Shown here: piece after piece, positions 1-8,995 of the stretch
Layout of the letters: every line of letters starts with the position of its first letter
Position numbering within the stretch: position 1 is the first letter of the stretch
Source: an uncultured Aliarcobacter sp.
GTDB taxonomy: Bacteria > Campylobacterota > Campylobacteria > Campylobacterales > Arcobacteraceae
Direction: 5' to 3'
Assembly (NCBI GenBank): GCA_963677435.1
Contig: OY781945.1
Coordinates: 2,624,001-2,688,000, forward strand
DNA: 64,000 nucleotides
Made by a program: the position numbers and the translations under genes
The notes under the pieces: model-generated
What the model was told of the DNA's origin: nothing
The model's database searches: none
Seen by the model: only the letters and a program-made list of their open reading frames with translations

Positions 1-353
1 GTTTTTTCATATAAAGATAATGCTTTTTTAGAATCTAATCGAACTCCAAAACCATTTTGATACATATATCCTAAGTTGTAACAAGCATTTACATGACCAC
101 CATCACAAGCTTTCGAGAAAGCTTCTGCTGCTTTAAAATATTCTTGTTCAACATTTGTTCCATTATAATACATGAGTCCTAGATTATAACATCCAGATGA
201 AGCACCATTTTCGCAAGCTTGTTTAAATATTTCGATAGCTTGTTCGTTATTTCCATTTTTATATTCTACAAATCCATCATTTACAGCTGCTGCAAATAAA
301 GTTTGTACTCCAAAGAAAAAGAACAGTGTGATTTTTAGTAATTTTTTTAACAT
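1..353 (-). CDS. Sel1-like repeat (SLR/Hcp-like) exported protein, 3' end outside window
   Basis: Manual translation from ATG at 353: MLKKLLKITLFFFGVQTLFA (signal peptide-like), then repeats such as KQACENGASSGCYNLGLMYYNG and KACDGGHVNACYNLGYMYQNG; AGGAG RBS upstream; absent from the ORF track because truncated. Confidence 0.85.
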   Translation of the reverse strand, partial: MLKKLLKITLFFFFGVQTLFAAAVNDGFVEYKNGNNEQAIEIFKQACENGASSGCYNLGLMYYNGTNVEQEYFKAAEAFSKACDGGHVNACYNLGYMYQNGFGVRLDSKKALSLYEK

Positions 354-426
354 AATTTTACTCCTACTAATAAATTTAGTCTAAATCATTATACTACTTA
401 TTTGAGTTATAAAACAAAAAGAGGGA

Positions 427-452
427 AAAAGCCATCAAAAACGATGGCTTTT
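427..452 (-). terminator. Rho-independent terminator after tpx
   Basis: aaaagccatc-N6-gatggctttt hairpin just after the tpx stop, with T-run on the minus strand. Confidence 0.7.
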
Positions 453-464
453 ATTTATTTAAGA

Positions 465-1013
465 TTAGTGACAACCGCAACCAGTTCCACAAGAACCAGA
501 AGATGCTACAACACCATTAGCTGCTGCTAATGCTGCTTCATAATTTGGCTCTTCTGTAATTTCTGGACAAATTTCTTTATAAGAAATAATTCCATTTGCA
601 TCAATTACAAATACTGCTCTACAAGCAACACCTGCTAATGCTCCTGAAGAGATTAAAACTCCATAAGATTTAGCGAAAGCTTTTGCTCTGAAATCTGAAC
701 CAACAGTTAAGTTTTCGATTCCTTCAGTTGTACAAAATCTTCCCATTGCAAATGGTAAATCCATAGAAACTACGATTACTTCTGCATTTTCAATTTTTGC
801 TGCTGCTTCGTTGAATTTTCTAGTTTCAGCTGCACATACTGCTGTATCTAAAGATGGAACTACAACTACGATTTGAGATTTTCCTTTTTGTCCACCAACT
901 TGAACATCAGATAAATCTTTTGCTACAACTGTAACTACAGGAGCAATATCTCCTACATTTACATCTGTACCACTTAAAGTTACTTCATTACCTTTTAATT
1001 TTGTTGTTGCCAT
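465..1013 (-). CDS. tpx: Thiol peroxidase (atypical 2-Cys peroxiredoxin)
   Basis: VPSLDTAVC and SMDLPFAMGRFC motifs; EPNYEAAL C-terminal signature. Confidence 0.93.
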   Translation of the reverse strand: MATTKLKGNEVTLSGTDVNVGDIAPVVTVVAKDLSDVQVGGQKGKSQIVVVVPSLDTAVCAAETRKFNEAAAKIENAEVIVVSMDLPFAMGRFCTTEGIENLTVGSDFRAKAFAKSYGVLISSGALAGVACRAVFVIDANGIISYKEICPEITEEPNYEAALAAANGVVASSGSCGTGCGCH

Positions 1014-1119
1014 ATTATTATTTTCCTTTAATTTATTTAAATTTATACGAAATTATAATCAAATAGGATAAATATACTCTTAATTATCTGCTATCAAGAT
1101 GTAATTATTTTATCTGTTA

Positions 1120-1959
1120 CTATTTAACTCTAATACCATCTTCTTCAAGGATAATTTTATCCTCACTTATTAGTTTTGTCAATGATGCTTTAAAAGCTTT
1201 TTTACTAATTCCAAATACTTTATTTATATCTTCAGCTTCACTTTTATATGTAAAATTCAATTTTCCACCATTTTTAACTAATACATCAAAAACTTTATCT
1301 CCTGATGGTTTTTCACCAATTTTTTGAAGTGAAATATCTATTTTATTATCATCTCTAATATTTTTTACATAAGCTCTTTTTTTATCACCAATTTTTAGAT
1401 TTTCAAAAATCTCTGTATGATAAATCATTCCATCATAAGAGTTATTTACTATAACTTTATATCCAAGTGGTGTTTTAGAATAAAGTATAATTTCAACCTC
1501 AGCATTTTTTTCTAAATCTTTTATCTCTTTTAATAAATCATATTTTTCTGAAGCTATTAATCTATTTGTTCTCTCGTCTAGTTGAAGTTGTAAAACCTTT
1601 GTATTTCCAATAGAGTAAGTTCCCTTTTGTTTATTTTTAGGAACTAAGATATGTTTTGGTAATCCAATATCAACAAATGCTCCAAATTTCATAGAATCAA
1701 CAATCTCTAAAGAAGCAAATTCATATAAATATACATAAGGTTTTAGTGTTGTTGCTACTAGTCTGTCTTCACTGTCTGTATATATAAATACATCAAGAAA
1801 ACTACCTATTTCCATAGACTTTGTAACATAGGCATTTGGAAGTAGAACTTCTGTTTGGTCATCACTAATTAGATAGATTCCAGGTTCGCTAACTCTATTA
1901 ACTGCAAGAGTATTTAACTCACCAACATAGATGTGTTCGTTTATTTGTTTTTCATTCAT
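1120..1959 (-). CDS. cvfB: CvfB family S1-domain RNA-binding protein
   Basis: VFIYTDSEDRLVATT, FGAFVDIGLPK, and C-terminal winged helix FGISKKAFK. Confidence 0.85.
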   Translation of the reverse strand: MNEKQINEHIYVGELNTLAVNRVSEPGIYLISDDQTEVLLPNAYVTKSMEIGSFLDVFIYTDSEDRLVATTLKPYVYLYEFASLEIVDSMKFGAFVDIGLPKHILVPKNKQKGTYSIGNTKVLQLQLDERTNRLIASEKYDLLKEIKDLEKNAEVEIILYSKTPLGYKVIVNNSYDGMIYHTEIFENLKIGDKKRAYVKNIRDDNKIDISLQKIGEKPSGDKVFDVLVKNGGKLNFTYKSEAEDINKVFGISKKAFKASLTKLISEDKIILEEDGIRVK

Positions 1960-2035
1960 TTTGGTTTTTCCGTTTCTTTTTTTGTGTTTAATAGTTGATT
2001 ATAGCCAAATAATCCTTTTTTAGTGGATTTTATCT

Positions 2036-2066
2036 TCGTTCCCAAGCTCTAGCTTGGGAATGCATA
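2036..2066 (+). repeat. REP element (left), 31 bp
   Basis: tcgttcccaagctctagcttgggaatgcata; hairpin ttcccaagc/gcttgggaa; inverted partner at 2643-2673. Confidence 0.85.
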
Positions 2067-2078
2067 CTAAAACCCAAA

Positions 2079-2612
2079 CTAAAACAATCTTTCCACATTA
2101 ATCAAACCTTTTATATCTTCATAATCCCTTACACTTGAATATCTCCAATGTTTTGCAACATCAACATATCCTCTTTTTACTGGGTTTTGATGAATATAAT
2201 TTATAGTTTCTATCATCATTTTTTCATCTTTTATAAGTTTTGGTTGAAATCCTTCTTGCCAAAGTTGATAAGTTGTTTGGGTTTTATGTGCTTTCTTATA
2301 AAAAGCCAATTGTTCTAGTATTGTTTTTACATTTTTAATTTGAAGATATTTTAGTATCTCTTTTGCAGTAAAGGATTTAAATTTTCTAATTGTTTTTGAA
2401 ACATCATCACTTGACACAATCATATGAAGATGATTTTCAAGGATTACATAAGCATATATTTTTAGATTATCTTCTTTTTGAAGAAATTTTAAACTATCAA
2501 ATATAATATTGGTTGTTTCAGTTCTTGTAAATATTGGTATCCAGTGTAAAATAGTACAAGTTATAAAATGCGGATATGTTGGTTCATATATTTTATATCT
2601 ACTTCTGCCCAT
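2079..2612 (-). mobile_element. REP-associated tyrosine transposase (RAYT, Y1/HUH family)
   Basis: HFITCT, HUH motif ENHLH, LWQEG, YIHQNPVKRG and WRYSS motifs; flanked by inverted REPs. Confidence 0.9.
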
Positions 2613-2639
2613 TTTTATTTCTCTTATTTTATTTAGTTT

Positions 2640-2771
2640 TTATATGCATTCCCAACGTGGACGTTGGGAACGAGGAAAATTTGTTAAACTACCCGTATAA
2701 TTTTCCAATTCTAAATAAGCCAATTCTGCTAATAATCCATTTGTTAATGCTGTTTCTAAATTTATTGCCAT
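2640..2771 (-). pseudogene. Probable N-terminal fragment of a larger (RTX/T1SS-substrate-like) gene, truncated at the REP
   Basis: GGAG RBS; ATG 2 bp after the upstream stop; MAINLETALTNGLLAELAYLELEN... then reads into the REP and stops (43 aa). Confidence 0.45.
2643..2673 (-). repeat. REP element (right), 31 bp, inverted
   Basis: Reverse complement tcgttcccaacgtccacgttgggaatgcata matches the left REP except for compensatory stem changes and one loop base. Confidence 0.85.
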
Positions 2772-2772
2772 T

Positions 2773-3486
2773 TTATTCTCCTATTTGTATTATTTCTAAT
2801 TTTTTCATTAATTCTTTATAGTAATTATCAGTTTTTATATTTGAAACATAAAACATATTATTACCATTACCTGTTTGTAAAAGCAAAATATTTTGTCTAA
2901 AATTAGAAAATGTATCTAAAAATATAATTTCAGAAAAATCTCCTAGTAAAATATTTTTTTTAGTATCAATTAACTGATATTTTTTTATTTTATAAAGCCC
3001 AAATAATTTAATATCCATTGTAACTATAAATCTAAATCTTGAATACTCTTCTTTAACATATGAATATGAATTCTCATCTATATTAATACGAAAAATAGAA
3101 CTATCAAATTTTTCTTTTTCATTATAAACACTTGTTTCATAAAAATCTTTCACTATTCTTTTTAACTGCCTATGTATAGATATTTCATCATTTAATATCA
3201 AATCTTTAGGTAAATATTTAACTTTAACTAAACTCAAACTTTCAATCATCCCATTCTCATCCTTTTCAGGATAAGCATAAATTTTAGGTTCTAATACTCC
3301 TGATATTTCAAAAATTGTTTTTATTCCTTTTTGTATTATCAAATCCCAAAAGGGGAAAGTTAATATTCCAATAAAAATCATCCTTGAGAAAAACTTTTTA
3401 TTTGTATTTTTTAAAACTAATTTATATATTAAAAAAGCAACAAATATATATATTAAAACTATTGGAAATATAATTATTCCTGACAT
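2773..3486 (-). CDS. Hypothetical membrane-anchored protein, very AT-rich
   Basis: 237-aa ORF with two N-terminal hydrophobic segments ending in FPFWD; GAGG RBS. Confidence 0.7.
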   Translation of the reverse strand: MSGIIIFPIVLIYIFVAFLIYKLVLKNTNKKFFSRMIFIGILTFPFWDLIIQKGIKTIFEISGVLEPKIYAYPEKDENGMIESLSLVKVKYLPKDLILNDEISIHRQLKRIVKDFYETSVYNEKEKFDSSIFRINIDENSYSYVKEEYSRFRFIVTMDIKLFGLYKIKKYQLIDTKKNILLGDFSEIIFLDTFSNFRQNILLLQTGNGNNMFYVSNIKTDNYYKELMKKLEIIQIGE

Positions 3487-3640
3487 ATTGACCTCTTTCT
3501 AAATCTATTCTTCATATCAAATCTTCCTTTATCAATTTCATAACTTTTTTTCTAATTTTTTTATTCTACCAATTAAACGTCACATACAGTGTCACAGAAA
3601 CTCTTTTTTTGTTTTTTTATTATTTTATTTTTAATTTTCA

Positions 3641-4315
3641 TCACCTAACACTCAACCCCTCATCCAAATACTGAATTATTGGATAGATAAAAAACTCTAT
3701 TACTCTTCTTTTTCCTACTTTTATTTCAGCTGTTACACTCATTCCTGCTTCGAGGTATCTTTCCTTACCTTCTACATTTAAAGTTTTTCCATTTGGTTCT
3801 ATTTTTACTTCATAAACTGGTCCTAGTTTTTCATCATCTATTGAGAAATTTCCTACATTGATTATTTTTCCCTCGAAAAATCCATATTTTTGAAAAGAGA
3901 AAGTATCTATTTTGATTTTAGAATTCATATCTTTTTTTATAAAACCTATATCTTGATTTAGTACATTTACTTTTACAATTAGTGGAGAGTCTTTTGGAAC
4001 TATTGAGATTAGTTTTTCGTGCGCACTTACAACACCACCAATTGTATTTATCATTAGTTTTGCTACATAACCATCTGTTGGACTTATGATTGATTGTTTT
4101 TGATTTTGGAATTTTATTGCGTTAATTTCTGATTGAAGGTTTCTTAGTTCTTTTTTTAGGTTTAGTAGTTCTTGGTATTTTGTGTCTTTAAACTCACTTA
4201 TAAAACTATTCTTTTCTTGTTCTATTTCTATTATTCTTTTTTTTGATTCATCTACTTTAAAAGAAGCCATATTCTCTTGCTCTTTTTCATTTAGAATATT
4301 GAACGAAAGACTCAT
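3641..4315 (-). pseudogene. HlyD-family T1SS membrane-fusion protein, C-terminal half only
   Basis: SPTDGYV, TIGGVV, NQDIGFI, FSFQKYG, AGMSVTAEIKVGKRRVIEFFIYP motifs; no N-terminal TM anchor; 224 aa versus roughly 400+ for the family. Confidence 0.75.
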
Positions 4316-4339
4316 AAATGATTCAATTTAAAATACTTA

Positions 4340-5131
4340 CTATTTTATTAATTTTACAAGTCCTAAAACAACAACAGCAACCATAATAATACTAGCACCT
4401 GAACTAATATCATAAGTGTAAGAGACAACTAAACCTAAAATAGTAAATATCGTAGCTAAAATAGAGCTAAGTATCATCATACTTGAAAGCCTTGATGCAA
4501 AACTTTCTGCAAGATATGTGGGGATTGTCAAAAGTGCAATTACCAAAATCAATCCTACAGCTTTAATAGCTGCCACCACACAAAGTGCTGCTAGAATCAA
4601 AATTAGAGTATAAAAGAACTTTACATTTATACCTCTTAAACTTGCAAATTCACTATCATAAGAAACTGCTAAAATCTGTTTATAAAAAAATACAACTATT
4701 GAGATAATAAAAATATCTAAAACACTCATATAAATCAAATCATCCCTTGAAACAGCAATGATTGAACCAAAAAGATATGACAACAAATCCACATTATATC
4801 CAGGTGTTAAATCCACGAATATAATACCAATCGCCATTCCACTTGCCCACATCATACCAATAATAGCATCAATTCGTGTTCTATTTTTTAGAGTGATTAT
4901 TGCAATTATAACAGCTGTTAAGACTGCAAAAACTGTTGCTCCAAATAACACTGGAAGCCCTAAATAAATAGCAAGTCCAATTCCACCATAAGAGCTGTGA
5001 GCGATTCCACCTGTTAAAAAGGTAATCTTATTTACGACAACCAGTGAACCTATTATTCCTGCTGCTATTGAGATTAGAACTCCTGCAATTAAGGCATTTT
5101 GAATAAAATCATATTGTAATATTTCTAACAT
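4340..5131 (-). CDS. znuB: Zn/Mn ABC transporter permease
   Basis: GGIAHSSYGG, SYLFGSI, VGLILVIALLTIP motifs of the ABC-3 permease family. Confidence 0.85.
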   Translation of the reverse strand: MLEILQYDFIQNALIAGVLISIAAGIIGSLVVVNKITFLTGGIAHSSYGGIGLAIYLGLPVLFGATVFAVLTAVIIAIITLKNRTRIDAIIGMMWASGMAIGIIFVDLTPGYNVDLLSYLFGSIIAVSRDDLIYMSVLDIFIISIVVFFYKQILAVSYDSEFASLRGINVKFFYTLILILAALCVVAAIKAVGLILVIALLTIPTYLAESFASRLSSMMILSSILATIFTILGLVVSYTYDISSGASIIMVAVVVLGLVKLIK

Positions 5132-5140
5132 CTTTTGCCT

Positions 5141-5881
5141 TTAATGAGTGTGTTCACAACAAACATGAGATTTTCCTAAAGCTGATAAAAGCTCAACTTC
5201 ACATAAATGGTCATCTTGTGTATTTATATTTTTTTGCATATTTTCTAAAGTGTGATAAACTAGGTTTTTATTTATATGCGCTACATTTTTTGCATAGTTT
5301 AATAAAACTGAAATATCATGGCTAACTACAACTATGCAAATTGATTTATTAAGCTCTTTTAACAACTCATAAATCTCCCTTTGACCTTTTACATCAATAC
5401 TTGCAGTTGGTTCATCAAGTAACATGATTTTTGGATTTGAACAAAGCGCTCGGGCAATGAAAACCCTTTGTCTTTGACCTCCACTTAAATCACCAATTTT
5501 TGAATTGGCAAATTCTGCCATACTAACTTTTTTTAAAGAGTCCATTGCACAAGCAATATCTTCCTTTGAATAACCAAATATTTTTCTTTTTGAACTTGTA
5601 TGTCCCATTAAAACTATTTCCAAAGCTGTGATTGGAAAATCTATATTTAAATTTGTATTTTGAGGTACATATCCTATTAAACTATTTTTTATTTTTTTAT
5701 CAATTTTCCCAGTTTGAGGTGTTAATAAACCTAAAATTAGTTTTAATAAAGTAGATTTTCCTCCACCATTTGGACCAATTATTGCTAAAAAATCATCATC
5801 TTTTATTGATAAATTTATATCTTCTAATACATCTGTTTTATTATATTTGTAAAATAAATTACTAATATTTATTAATTTCAC
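5141..5881 (-). CDS. znuC: Zn/Mn ABC transporter ATPase
   Basis: GPNGGGKST, LSGGQRQR, LLDEPT; His/Cys-rich tail; GTG start. Confidence 0.85.
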   Translation of the reverse strand: MKLINISNLFYKYNKTDVLEDINLSIKDDDFLAIIGPNGGGKSTLLKLILGLLTPQTGKIDKKIKNSLIGYVPQNTNLNIDFPITALEIVLMGHTSSKRKIFGYSKEDIACAMDSLKKVSMAEFANSKIGDLSGGQRQRVFIARALCSNPKIMLLDEPTASIDVKGQREIYELLKELNKSICIVVVSHDISVLLNYAKNVAHINKNLVYHTLENMQKNINTQDDHLCEVELLSALGKSHVCCEHTH

Positions 5882-5895
5882 TAAAAAACCTTTAC

Positions 5896-5912
5896 TTGCA
5901 ACTTTGTTGCAA
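5896..5912. promoter_or_regulatory. Candidate Zur-type operator
   Basis: Perfect TTGCAAC-N3-GTTGCAA palindrome about 15 bp upstream of the znuC start. Confidence 0.55.
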
Positions 5913-5940
5913 TAGTATCAAAGATTAGATAAATCTAATA

Positions 5941-6684
5941 TCAAATTTCATTTTTTAACCAAGAATAAGCTAATCCTAAATATTCATGAATAGCCATTTC
6001 ACTATTTCTAATATTTTTTGCAGAAAAATATGCCGAATAAGAGTCATCTTTATAAGCTAAATGATTTGTAGGACTTGCAATCACATGTAATCCCTCTTTT
6101 TGAAACAGTAAAACTGCCCTTTTCATATGAGAGGCACTTGTTACTAAAATTAAAGCTTCATCTCCTACAACTCTTTTGGCTTCGATTGCTTCTTCTTTTG
6201 TATCTTTTGTTGTATCAAGTCTAATAATATCTTCTTGTTTTACACCCAAAGAAATAGCCAATCTCTCTTGCATAAAAGCGTGAGAATTTTCATCGTTTGA
6301 GCCATATCCTGAAACTATCAGTTTTGCATTTTCAAGATTTCTATAATGTTTTATTCCCTCAACCAATCTATTTATTGCCACCATTTTTACCTGAGAAGTG
6401 ATACTTAAACTCTCATTTGTTTTATGTCCACTTCCTAAAACTAAAATATAGTTTACCTTTGGCGTTTGCAATAGTGCGGGATATGAATTCTCAAGTGGAG
6501 ATAAAAGAGCATTTGAAAAAGGCTGAAAAGAGAATATTAAAAACCAACTAAGTCCTAAAAATAAAAATATCTTTGCTTTTTTATAAGAGTTAAACATCAA
6601 ATAAAGAAAAGCTACAAGAAGTAAAAAAAGACCAATGGGAATTGGCAACAAAAAAGCTGAAACTATTTTTTTAAATATAAACAT
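5941..6684 (-). CDS. ElyC/YdcF (DUF218) family protein
   Basis: ILVLGSG, RLVEG, DTKEEA, LVTSASHMKRA, HEYLG motifs; two N-terminal TM segments. Confidence 0.85.
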   Translation of the reverse strand: MFIFKKIVSAFLLPIPIGLFLLLVAFLYLMFNSYKKAKIFLFLGLSWFLIFSFQPFSNALLSPLENSYPALLQTPKVNYILVLGSGHKTNESLSITSQVKMVAINRLVEGIKHYRNLENAKLIVSGYGSNDENSHAFMQERLAISLGVKQEDIIRLDTTKDTKEEAIEAKRVVGDEALILVTSASHMKRAVLLFQKEGLHVIASPTNHLAYKDDSYSAYFSAKNIRNSEMAIHEYLGLAYSWLKNEI

Positions 6685-6685
6685 T

Positions 6686-7477
6686 TTATTTTCCTATTAG
6701 AGCTGATGTGTATCCAACAACTCTGCTTTTATCTTTTGTAACATCGGCACTTGTACAATAGTTTAGTACCTTTGTTTCATAATTATTTTTAATCGCCCAA
6801 TTTATAATGGCTTTCACACCAGTTTTTCCACAAGCTTCACAATAATCAAACATCTCTAAATCTTTTTTATCTATTGCATTTAAACAAATATTATCTTTTT
6901 TATTTGCTTCTTCAAGGGTATAAAAATGGCTTAAATCTGTACTTATTACTACAAAATTCTGCTTATCTTTTAAAACCTCATCAATCACTTTTGATAAATT
7001 TTTATAATCAATTTCACCATAAACTATCTCAACTAATTGTACTTCATTAAAATAGTGTTTTATAAATGGTGCTTGGGTTTCCGTTGAATGTTCAAATTCA
7101 CACTCTTCGTTAAACTCTAAAAACTCATATTTATCTATTAGTTTTTGGGAAAACTCTTTATCAATTTTTAGATTTCCAAGTGGCGTTTCATATTCATCAT
7201 ACAAAGCAACACTTGCACCTTTTAAATAAGCTCTATGTGATGGTCCAAATACAACAACTCTTTTTATATCTTTGCCTGAAAATGAAACTAATTGATAAGC
7301 CAAATTTGCAGTAAATCCACTATAAATATATCCAGCGTGGGGAACAATAATAGCTTTTATATTTTCAAAGGTTTCTACATTTGTTTTAACACTATTAAAA
7401 TGATTTATGTATTTTAAAATCTCTTCTTTTTTATCAGGATAAAAACTTCCACTTACAACTGATTTTCTAATACTCAT
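6686..7477 (-). CDS. amrB: AmmeMemoRadiSam system protein B (MEMO1 family)
   Basis: GSFYP, VPHAGYIYSG, GPSH, EHSTE, STDLSH, ACG, VVGY motifs. Confidence 0.9.
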   Translation of the reverse strand: MSIRKSVVSGSFYPDKKEEILKYINHFNSVKTNVETFENIKAIIVPHAGYIYSGFTANLAYQLVSFSGKDIKRVVVFGPSHRAYLKGASVALYDEYETPLGNLKIDKEFSQKLIDKYEFLEFNEECEFEHSTETQAPFIKHYFNEVQLVEIVYGEIDYKNLSKVIDEVLKDKQNFVVISTDLSHFYTLEEANKKDNICLNAIDKKDLEMFDYCEACGKTGVKAIINWAIKNNYETKVLNYCTSADVTKDKSRVVGYTSALIGK

Positions 7478-7495
7478 ATGAAAACCTACTTATTT

Positions 7496-8047
7496 TTATT
7501 TTAGTTTTATTTTATTTACTTCATAAGTAAAAACCTGAGGATGAGACTCTAAACAATTTATTTCAAAACTACCTTTATAACAAAGATGAGAAAAAAACTC
7601 TTCAAAGCTAGAGAGTTGTTCCCAAACTTGTGGTAAAAATGTGCTTCTTTTACCATCTTTTTGTAAAATAACCCCATGAATATTTGGTTTGATTTTTGAT
7701 TTCAAATCTTCAATATCTGAATAAATTACTTCATAAGGAGTTGTTAAAATAGAAATCTCAATATTGATTTTTTTATACTCTTCTAATGTTAACTCATAAA
7801 ATCTTGGATCTTCAAAAGCAGCAGCAAATGCATTTGACATTAAATCATCAAAAAGTGAACGATGTGCTTGTAAAGTTCCAATACATCCTCTAAGTTGTCC
7901 ATTTAAAGTTAAAGTTACAAATGTTGCACTATTTTGAGTTAAAAATGAATAGTCTTTTAAAAGTTTTTCTTTATCAATTTTAACCGTAGAATCAAATTTC
8001 TTTTCTATAGATTTTTTTACTATATCTAATAAAATCTGCTCTTGCAT
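7496..8047 (-). CDS. amrA: AmmeMemoRadiSam system protein A (AMMECR1 family)
   Basis: FVTL, LRGCIG, DPRF, TFLPQVW motifs. Confidence 0.9.
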   Translation of the reverse strand: MQEQILLDIVKKSIEKKFDSTVKIDKEKLLKDYSFLTQNSATFVTLTLNGQLRGCIGTLQAHRSLFDDLMSNAFAAAFEDPRFYELTLEEYKKINIEISILTTPYEVIYSDIEDLKSKIKPNIHGVILQKDGKRSTFLPQVWEQLSSFEEFFSHLCYKGSFEINCLESHPQVFTYEVNKIKLK

Positions 8048-8056
8048 ACTGATCCT

Positions 8057-8995
8057 TTAATCTTTTATAATATCCTTTATAGTTTCAATAAATTCATCAC
8101 TATCATTTAAACAACGACATACTTTATATTCACTAATTCCTAATTCTAATGCAATTTCTCTATACTCAATATTTAATTCAAAATCTGTTTCAGAATTATC
8201 AACAATAAATGCAATTGGATAAATTATCACTTTTTCATCTTTAAAGTTTTTTAGCATATCATCTAAAGATGGTTCAAGCCATTTTAAAGGCCCTACTTTT
8301 GATTGATACGCTAAGTTTATTGATTTAAAATTTACCCCTTTTAATAGTAACTTTTCACTTAGTATTTGCACATGTTCAACCATCTGTTTTTCATATGGAT
8401 CACCCGCATCTACAATTTTTTGAGGAAGTCCATGGGCTGAAAAAATCAGATTATATTCAGTTGAATCTTCTGCGTTTTTTATTATCTCATTTACAATACA
8501 TTCATTAAATTTATCGTTTTTATAAAAAGTTTCAATATATCTTATATTTTTTCCAAAAGTATATGGTAAATAATCTATAAAATCTTCAATAGATGACTTA
8601 GTAGTTGTTGTTGAATATTGTGCATACAAGGGAAGTAAAACTATTTCATTTATTCCATCTTTCATCATTTGTTCAATTACTTCATTTGCAAAAGGTGGAG
8701 TATATCTCATTACTTGATAAGTTTTGAAATCTTCTATTTTTTCATTACATTTACTTACTAATTTTTCAGTTAAGGGATTTATAGGTGATGCATTTCCTAT
8801 GTGTTCATAATTCTCCCAAGCACTATCAAGTCTTCTTGTTACTATAAAAAATGCAATCATTTTTCTAATAAATGCATTTCTTATGGTTAAAATATTTATA
8901 TCATTAAACATATTTGTTAAAAACATTTTTAATTCAGCTTTATTTCTAGCACCACCCATATTAAGTAGTACTAACGCTTTTTTATTTTCTTGCAT
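8057..8995 (-). CDS. hemH: Ferrochelatase
   Basis: LLNMGG, MRYTPP, PLYAQYSTTT, FSAHGLP, YQSKVGPLKWLEP, DNSET. Confidence 0.95.
   Translation of the reverse strand: MQENKKALVLLNMGGARNKAELKMFLTNMFNDINILTIRNAFIRKMIAFFIVTRRLDSAWENYEHIGNASPINPLTEKLVSKCNEKIEDFKTYQVMRYTPPFANEVIEQMMKDGINEIVLLPLYAQYSTTTTKSSIEDFIDYLPYTFGKNIRYIETFYKNDKFNECIVNEIIKNAEDSTEYNLIFSAHGLPQKIVDAGDPYEKQMVEHVQILSEKLLLKGVNFKSINLAYQSKVGPLKWLEPSLDDMLKNFKDEKVIIYPIAFIVDNSETDFELNIEYREIALELGISEYKVCRCLNDSDEFIETIKDIIKD

Noticed and set aside
2509..2821. Plus-strand ORFs 2509-2700 and 2576-2821
   Set aside because: Antisense shadows of the RAYT/REP and neighbouring gene; no motifs.
3474..3515. 13-codon ORF MKNRFRKRSICQE with AAGGA upstream
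   Set aside because: Too short to support; overlaps the start of the 237-aa gene.
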